Assembly: GCA_046483985.1 (NCBI GenBank)
Contig: JAWOCD010000033.1
Coordinates: forward strand, 1-55,973
Reading direction: 5' to 3'
Origin: Promethearchaeia archaeon
GTDB lineage: Archaea > Asgardarchaeota > Lokiarchaeia > Sigyniarchaeales > SOKP01
DNA: 55,973 nt
Shown here: positions 49,593 through 55,973 of the stretch, one piece after another
Layout: each line of letters begins with the position of its first letter
How positions within the stretch are numbered: the stretch's first letter is position 1
Notes under the pieces: model-generated
Database searches by the model: none
The model's input: only the letters and a program-made list of their open reading frames with translations
Told to the model about the DNA's origin: nothing
Made by a program: the position numbers and the translations under genes

Positions 49593-50291
49593 TCAATGGA
49601 ATGGCTTTTTTGCCGCTTTTACATCGTTTGTGATAATGCCATCCACACCCTTATTCACCAATTTTTTAATTCTTTCGGCAGAATCAACTGTCCAAGAATT
49701 GACTTTTATTCCGTGCTCATGGGCCTTTTTAATGAATTTATTACTTGCAAACCAATGAAAGGGATGTAAAGCAAAGAGATTATTATTGATTGCTTCTTCA
49801 ATTCGCTTGCTTTTTCTGATAAGGCCAATAAATAAACTTGCAAGCTTAATATCCGGATTTAATTGGTTTATTTTAAAGATTTCTTGGCGTTTAAAGGAGC
49901 TTATTAAGACATCGTCTATCATATCTTCTTGTTCGAACAGCGAAACTATTTTTTCGGTAATTCCTTCCACCTTAATTTCACATTGCAATCCGATCTTGCC
50001 TTTTGCTAAGGAAATTAGTTCTTTGAGCGTGGGAATTTTTTCTCCTTTCCCACACTCTAATTCTTTTAGTTCGTCCAACGTCATTTCTTTAATCTCTCCT
50101 TCAACCCCCGTGGTTCTATGCGTATTTTCATCATGCATAATAACAATCTCTCCATCTTTCGTTTCATGAACATCAAACTCAATATAATCAGCGTTCAATT
50201 CGATTGCTCGCTTAAAGGCTTTCATGGTATTTTCGGGTGCACTCTTACTGGCCCCACGATGAGCTATAATAAGTATGTCTTTCCTTTTCAT
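49593..50291 (-). CDS. Glycerophosphodiester phosphodiesterase
   Basis: IAHRGAS..APENT, IEFDVHETKDG, HD, WTVD, GVDGIITN. Confidence 0.95.
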   Translation of the reverse strand: MKRKDILIIAHRGASKSAPENTMKAFKRAIELNADYIEFDVHETKDGEIVIMHDENTHRTTGVEGEIKEMTLDELKELECGKGEKIPTLKELISLAKGKIGLQCEIKVEGITEKIVSLFEQEDMIDDVLISSFKRQEIFKINQLNPDIKLASLFIGLIRKSKRIEEAINNNLFALHPFHWFASNKFIKKAHEHGIKVNSWTVDSAERIKKLVNKGVDGIITNDVKAAKKPFH

Positions 50292-50653
50292 TTTTTAAAT
50301 CATCTGATTTAATTTCTAAATATTACTGTATTTTTGATTTAAATTTGTTGTTATATATTATTATCGATGCCTTTTTAAGTATCTTTTATGTGGAGCCTAT
50401 ATAATATATTGTATTGTTTTCTCGGTAAATTTACCCCTGTAGAATACATTAAAATTCACTGAACTTAGAAGTCTTGAAAACTTAAATCTATGCAACATAC
50501 ATTTTTAAGTTGAACTTTAACTTAGGTACCATTTTCGACTAGGACGTAATAACTCCAAATCAATAACTTTAAATAGAGAATTTTATTTTATATTAAAAGT
50601 TAATAAAAATAAATTTTACAAGAATCAAGAAACTGCGTGGTGAATATCAAATA

Positions 50654-50896
50654 ATGAAATTTTGCCCAGAATGTGGCAATTTGTTAATGCCAAAAAATGG
50701 CCGTCTTTATTGTAAAACGTGTGATAAAGCGTTCAAATTTAAAAACGATGAACTGGAAGAGTATAAAATAAACAAAGAAATAAAACATGAGGGAGACGAG
50801 GTTACACCGGTTATTTTTAAGAAAGACATGAAAAATAGCAAAATCAGTCTTGAAGATAGGAAAGCATATGAAGAATATTTCAAAAGCGGTCAATAG
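50654..50896 (+). CDS. TFS/RpoM (RPB9-like) paralogue with N-terminal Zn ribbon only
   Basis: MKFCPECGNLLMPK...YCKTC; no C-terminal Zn ribbon or RSADE motif. Confidence 0.75.
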   Translation: MKFCPECGNLLMPKNGRLYCKTCDKAFKFKNDELEEYKINKEIKHEGDEVTPVIFKKDMKNSKISLEDRKAYEEYFKSGQ

Positions 50897-51138
50897 AGGA
50901 AGTAATATCAAGTGCCTGAGAGACTACATCGGTCTCCAATCCTTTAGTTTACCCCATTAATTTCTATTTCAAAGATTTTTAAAAATTGCTCTTTTTAGAA
51001 CTAATTTTCATGAAAATGAAGAATAATCTCATCCAGAATTATTCTTAAAACTTATTTAATTACTTTATATTATCTTTAATTACTAAAAAGTAAGCAAATA
51101 AATTACATTTTTAATTTACAATAGAGTGGAATATTAAA

Positions 51139-51546
51139 ATGGCTAAAGAACAAAAGGAAAAAAAGAAAAAGAAACTCAGAGGGTTCGCTGGCGTCATTCA
51201 AAAACAGTTATCCCCCTTGAACGATAATGAAAAGTTTCAACATATATTCGAGGATGAAGAAATTACATATCTACTCAACGCAACAGACGGACGATATGCT
51301 GCCTTAGTGACGGTGGATCATGGAACAATCACGGTCGAGGGTATTAAAAATAAGAATAAAAAAGAGCTAAAAAAAAAGGTGTTAGGATGGGATGCAAAAA
51401 TGGAATGTCCCATCGAATTATTTCTTGAGTTAGCAATGGGAAAATTATCTACATGGGGAATGTTAAAAAAAATTATAACAAGAAAAATGAAAATTCGCGG
51501 CCCTCGGAAATTAATGAAACTCCAAAAAATGTTTGCCCTAATGTAG
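51139..51546 (+). CDS. SCP2 sterol/lipid-binding-like protein
   Basis: ALVTVDHGTITV, LFLELAMGKLS, KIITRKMKIRG pattern of the SCP2 fold. Confidence 0.6.
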   Translation: MAKEQKEKKKKKLRGFAGVIQKQLSPLNDNEKFQHIFEDEEITYLLNATDGRYAALVTVDHGTITVEGIKNKNKKELKKKVLGWDAKMECPIELFLELAMGKLSTWGMLKKIITRKMKIRGPRKLMKLQKMFALM

Positions 51547-51575
51547 TTGCTTTACCAAATCATATTTTCTTTTTA

Positions 51576-51986
51576 TTATTTTTGAAGCGTTTTTGAAAAC
51601 GAGAGCATCCTATTTTTTAATCTGTGAAGGTCGATATTCTTAAAAGACTGTAGCATTACATTTTTATCTTGTTCGGAGATATCCTCAAACAAATCGAAGA
51701 AATCTTTTAAATAAAGTACTTTCTTAGATGGGTCTTGTTTAATATTAGCAATAATCTGGTTAATAATATTTTCAAATTCTTTTTTATGGACTCCCGAACC
51801 GCAAGGTTCTTTTTGGGAAAGACCGAGGATGTTGAGATTCTCATTTACTATATGCTTGGAAATACTTTCTAATATTTGATCCCGTGAGAGTGGAGTGATT
51901 TGAGATAAAGATTCAACTAATTCTTTGTTTCGGTCTTCAATTTGCTGAAGCATGGAAAACACTTTTTCAAGATTTTTTCTTTCCAT
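51576..51986 (-). CDS. Hypothetical protein
   Basis: 136 aa ORF, ATG start, fills the intergenic space. Confidence 0.6.
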   Translation of the reverse strand: MERKNLEKVFSMLQQIEDRNKELVESLSQITPLSRDQILESISKHIVNENLNILGLSQKEPCGSGVHKKEFENIINQIIANIKQDPSKKVLYLKDFFDLFEDISEQDKNVMLQSFKNIDLHRLKNRMLSFSKTLQK

Positions 51987-52047
51987 ATTTAATAAAGATT
52001 TGTTTAAATTTTTAAATTTATCTAAATCTTATATATTCTAAGGAACG

Positions 52048-52791
52048 ATGTTACCTCAAAATCAGAAAGAAAAATTACGTAAATTTCAAAAGAAAATAAA
52101 ATATCATTTTAATGATATCAATCTGCTCATAGAAGCATTTACCACCCCAGAGTTAGGGAACCAAGCGGGAAGGAAGGACTATAATTTCTTAGAAATTTTA
52201 GGAGATGCAGTGATTAAACTTTTATTCATCAAAAAGCTTTATCAAGAGGGAATTGTGGATCCCGGGATTATTACGAAATCCAAACAAGCAATTGAAAATG
52301 ATAAAACCTTGAATAACATCGCAGAGGAATATTTCCGTTTAGATGAGTATGTTTTAAAATCACCCGATCAACAACTATCTGGCACACTTATTCTTGCTGA
52401 CATTTTTGAAGCCATTTCTGGAGCGATCTACCTGGATTCACAATTCAATCTAAAAATCGTAGAAAACAAAATCATAAATATATTCTATAAAGATTGGAAA
52501 AATTTAATAAAAGATTCAGATATTTTTAGTAAAAATAAGCTCTTAGAACATTTACAGCAAAGGTTCAAATTTACACCCACAATAAGATGTAAGTTTGAGA
52601 AAATTGGTCCAGATCATGATTCAAGATGGTTTGCAAAGAATCCACGTATTCTTAATCAAGAAAAGCAAAAAATCAAGGAAATAGATATCCCCCCCTCCTT
52701 TCAATCAAAACTCTGTAAGACCAAAAAAAGCGCCGAAAAAAACCTTTATAAGAAGATTTTGGAATATTTAAAAAAAGAGGATAATTATTGA
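52048..52791 (+). CDS. rnc: Ribonuclease III family protein with dsRBD-like C-terminus
   Basis: NFLEILGDAVI signature, ADIFEAISGAIYLD, KNKLLEHLQ...GPDHD...TKKSAEKN. Confidence 0.85.
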   Translation: MLPQNQKEKLRKFQKKIKYHFNDINLLIEAFTTPELGNQAGRKDYNFLEILGDAVIKLLFIKKLYQEGIVDPGIITKSKQAIENDKTLNNIAEEYFRLDEYVLKSPDQQLSGTLILADIFEAISGAIYLDSQFNLKIVENKIINIFYKDWKNLIKDSDIFSKNKLLEHLQQRFKFTPTIRCKFEKIGPDHDSRWFAKNPRILNQEKQKIKEIDIPPSFQSKLCKTKKSAEKNLYKKILEYLKKEDNY

Positions 52792-54425
52792 GCGGGTTTA
52801 ATATGTCCAGATTTATACAATTCAAAAAGCATCTTAATTACTTCACTAGACATTTTCCTTTTTTTAATTTTCAATTGATCTCGGGCAAAAGTTAAAATGA
52901 ATGGTTTGGGAAGGGTTTTTAATAGGGTAAAATCACCGCGTTTTCGAAAAGGGAGATCATTACCGTTCCCCACAGTGATAAATTGTCTCATTTTGTTTTC
53001 ATTAAACCATTCTTTTGGATTAGATTTTTCTGTTTGTTTGGGCTGTGCTTCAGCATCTTCCAGTGTCTTCTCCTTTTCAAGAGAAGCGGATGCTTCCTTT
53101 TGATTCCGGACTTTTTTCCATAATTGATCGGGTGTTGCTTTTTTAGCTGGTTTCGAATTTGATGTTTGTGCAGTATCTGGGGATTTTATAGAACCCCTTT
53201 TCTGCCCACTCTCTCCTCTCTTTCTAGTTTCTCCCCGGGTTCGTGTCGACCCTCTCGCTCTTGTATCTCCTCGTTTCCTTGTCTCTCCTCGCGTATGAGC
53301 TGCTTTTTCTTGAGAGGATTGACCCTCTTCTGGTTTCGGAGGTGTTGGTTTTTCGGCTTCCTTTTCCAACTTTTCTTTAACTAATCCTCTCATTTTATCT
53401 ACTTTCTCTAATACCGCCTCATGGTCTTCCCCTGAAACCATAGCATCTTTTCCTTCAATTTTATAACCTAATGAATCCCTCTTCACCTGTTTTTTTGGAG
53501 CTGCAAAGGGATCCCATTCTTCTTTCAGTTGCACACGGCGCTTTTTTTTCGCTAATTCCTCTGACTTCTCCTCAAAATATCCCAACTTTTTCTCAACTTT
53601 TTCCAGAAGTTCTTCGGAAATTTGCCCTTCATAGTCAAAGATTTCCGTTGCCAAAGCAAAATATTGCATAATGTTTACAATAACATCTGCTGGAGGAAGC
53701 CAATCACCTTTGGAAGTATAATATTCAAAATATAGAATTGATGCCTCATTTTCATCAAAAAATTCACAATATAAAGGAACCTCAATTACGTTTTTATTTG
53801 CCTTTCTTTTTTTAATGAATGGATTTTTATATTCTAAAAATTTCCGATTTTTCGAACTCAAAAAGGAGTTAATACTTTCTCTCAATTTTTGGGCGAGAAT
53901 ATGGTCACTATTATTGAGAAAATCGCAGAGAGGGTCAAGGATCTCTTCCGAATAAAAGTGTTCTAAATCCGCAACTTTATTCTCTCTATCTTGGTATGGA
54001 TGGAATGCAAATTCCTCAGACCCCGTAGTGGGGGTCCATACTAAGCCCACCTCTCCTGGCCAAGGAACTGCAAGAGTAGCACTGATAATTATCTTTGGAT
54101 ATCTTCCTTTCGGTCCATATAAAACAGGTGGGAATTCAAAGCGAACAATAGCCTCTTCAATGGGAAAATCATCAAATTTCAGATTCGCCGCCAAGGGGAG
54201 TTTATATTCTATGGATTCCATCTCGAAATTCACATTCTTCCGTGATTTCTTAAGCGGGATTCCAACATCGTATACGCGTGTTTGTGGTTCATGGATCTCT
54301 ACCTCTTTAAGAAAATCCAAATAGAGCACATTTTTCTCTCCACTTAAATCCTTAAAGAATTGCATAATCTTTTGTTTAAAGGGGTCTAATATCTTCTTCG
54401 CATAAATTTTCATATCCTCGCTCAT
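52785..54425 (-). CDS. Hypothetical protein with low-complexity RG-rich hexapeptide repeats
   Basis: 546 aa ORF; TRGETRKRGDTRARGSTRTRGETRKRGE. Confidence 0.7.
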   Translation of the reverse strand: MSEDMKIYAKKILDPFKQKIMQFFKDLSGEKNVLYLDFLKEVEIHEPQTRVYDVGIPLKKSRKNVNFEMESIEYKLPLAANLKFDDFPIEEAIVRFEFPPVLYGPKGRYPKIIISATLAVPWPGEVGLVWTPTTGSEEFAFHPYQDRENKVADLEHFYSEEILDPLCDFLNNSDHILAQKLRESINSFLSSKNRKFLEYKNPFIKKRKANKNVIEVPLYCEFFDENEASILYFEYYTSKGDWLPPADVIVNIMQYFALATEIFDYEGQISEELLEKVEKKLGYFEEKSEELAKKKRRVQLKEEWDPFAAPKKQVKRDSLGYKIEGKDAMVSGEDHEAVLEKVDKMRGLVKEKLEKEAEKPTPPKPEEGQSSQEKAAHTRGETRKRGDTRARGSTRTRGETRKRGESGQKRGSIKSPDTAQTSNSKPAKKATPDQLWKKVRNQKEASASLEKEKTLEDAEAQPKQTEKSNPKEWFNENKMRQFITVGNGNDLPFRKRGDFTLLKTLPKPFILTFARDQLKIKKRKMSSEVIKMLFELYKSGHIKPAQ

Positions 54426-54499
54426 ATCTTAAACTTAAACACCTTCTATAATGACTTGTTTATATTTGTATATAATTTTTATTTGGTTAAAGATTTATT

Positions 54500-55339
54500 T
54501 TAGCCTTTTGTTTTTTCATCTTTTTGTAACTTTTTTAATAGATGGTTCTCTTGGAGTAAGGATTTATACTTTTTTATATGTTTTTGACGATTTTTTTTGT
54601 TCAATCCGTTTATATATTTGGGATTTATCCGATAATCCGCATAACGTCCTCTTGGGGGCTCTTCTAAATATTTCTCTGGTATTTCTCTTAGTCCGTGCAC
54701 TAATCCGATAATAAAAAAAATAACGGGAGATAAATAATATCCGCTTATCCCGGGGGAGTTAGGATCAGGAAGATAATGAACAATAGTTATAATTTGAAAA
54801 GTCGAAATGATAAAAATGGCGATGATTACCGCAATATTTCCTAATTTACAAATAAGAGTATCTCGATATCTTGCTTCCCAGTAGACTCCATGATATCCAT
54901 CAGTTCCTCCCTTACATAAATTAATGAACGGGCTATATTGGTCCTTTTTCCAAGGAAGTTTACCCCACATTATTCCATCACCGCAACTAATAGAATCAAA
55001 GAGTAAATGTCCACAATAAATTCCAATCATGGGAGTGAGAAAGTATTCTGAATAAAAATTAAAGAAGGTTGAAATTACAAAAATAATTATTAAAGGAATA
55101 TAACTGACGGGCCAATGCGTCCAAAACATTAAATGATGCTGAAATTGTGTGTTAATTTTTCCTTCCCCCCTTTGTTTGACTATGTAATAGAGGGCATCAA
55201 AGTCGGGAAAAACACCAAATATGACGATCAGAAATACAAGATGTCTGGGGAGTATGAAAGTTCCTTCACTATAAAATAGAAGCCAGATGGAATAATAGAT
55301 TAAAAAAGCAAAGGCTCCATGGTGGTCAACGCGTGCCAT
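54500..55339 (-). CDS. Membrane-bound metal-dependent hydrolase (YdjM-like)
   Basis: N-terminal HH, FPDFD, HH..WTHW, GHLLFD motifs with TMs. Confidence 0.7.
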   Translation of the reverse strand: MARVDHHGAFAFLIYYSIWLLFYSEGTFILPRHLVFLIVIFGVFPDFDALYYIVKQRGEGKINTQFQHHLMFWTHWPVSYIPLIIIFVISTFFNFYSEYFLTPMIGIYCGHLLFDSISCGDGIMWGKLPWKKDQYSPFINLCKGGTDGYHGVYWEARYRDTLICKLGNIAVIIAIFIISTFQIITIVHYLPDPNSPGISGYYLSPVIFFIIGLVHGLREIPEKYLEEPPRGRYADYRINPKYINGLNKKNRQKHIKKYKSLLQENHLLKKLQKDEKTKG

Positions 55340-55816
55340 TTTTAAAGTTCATTCATTTTTTTATTTTAAAATCCATAGATCATAATAATAAATTGAATGA
55401 ATTAATTTTTTTCTTCAAAACATGAAAAAAAGAAGGTTAGATGTTTGCTCACACCTAAAATAAAATTAGATTTTTTGAATTCCTTTAGACTTTTCGAATT
55501 CCTTTATACTCTCCCTTTCATCTCGAAAATAACAAAACTAGAAACGAAATTTGGGGTTTTTCTTTAGATTTTGTGGGGTCAGTAGAGAGAGAATTTAGAA
55601 TTCTATAATGCTAGAAACATAAGGTATAAAAATGTATTATATTTAGATATATTAACTTACATGAAGAATGAAAGATTTATGAAGTTCTATGGTTCGTTAT
55701 ACGAGGGCTTCAATTTGCTTAATAATGAAAAAATTTTTAGATTTAGAAAATTTTAATAACATAAAAATTAAAACAAACTCTTATAAATTTTACAATCACA
55801 TAAAAAGGTCAGCTTA

Positions 55817-55973
55817 ATGTCAGCAGAAAAGACCGAATTAATGAAAGAATATGAGCAAGAAACCGGTAAACTCGCTGTATGGAAGGGAGAGTTAACCGAT
55901 GGCTTCCAGAAGTGGAAGAAAAAAAAAGAAAAGGAAAGAAAAAAAAGAGAAAAATTAAAAGAGTTAAAGGAAG
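55817..55973 (+). CDS. Hypothetical protein, partial (runs off the window end)
   Basis: Open frame MSAEKTELMKEYEQETGKLAVWKGELTDGFQKWK... Confidence 0.6.
   Translation, partial: MSAEKTELMKEYEQETGKLAVWKGELTDGFQKWKKKKEKERKKREKLKELKE

Overview
AT-rich archaeal chromosomal segment, most likely from an Asgard archaeon of the Lokiarchaeia type. The lineage is inferred from Alba, Sec11, SAMP/MoaD, a TFS-like Zn ribbon, HerA/NurA/Mre11/Rad50 and many tandem paralogues. Gene content in order: two membrane-anchored surface proteins; an aor-moaD-moaD operon with a ModE-like box; a DNA end-resection operon with two NurA-like nucleases (herA-nurA-nurA-mre11-rad50); an alpha3 (Bd0055/face-to-face-like) histone and alba; signal peptidase; M28 peptidase; acyl-CoA synthetase; SDRs; three ACT proteins; a methyltransferase/Nramp/UbiA x2/HdrD-like x2/phosphatase cluster; MFS and DMT transporters with a reciprocally pseudogenised duplication; RNase III. 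The most unusual signal is non-coding and lies at 15.8-20.2 kb. Three co-oriented, protein-free IS200/IS605-type mini-elements carry TnpB omega-RNA-like scaffolds ending in TCAA, each followed by a different putative guide. Two of them have IS608-like left ends and an internal TATA box, and one is fused to the alba 3' end. A further orphan left end lies at 30.9 kb. An unidentified ~255-nt GC-rich structured RNA candidate sits tail-to-tail with one of the scaffolds. No tnpA/tnpB, rRNA, tRNA or CRISPR array was recognised.
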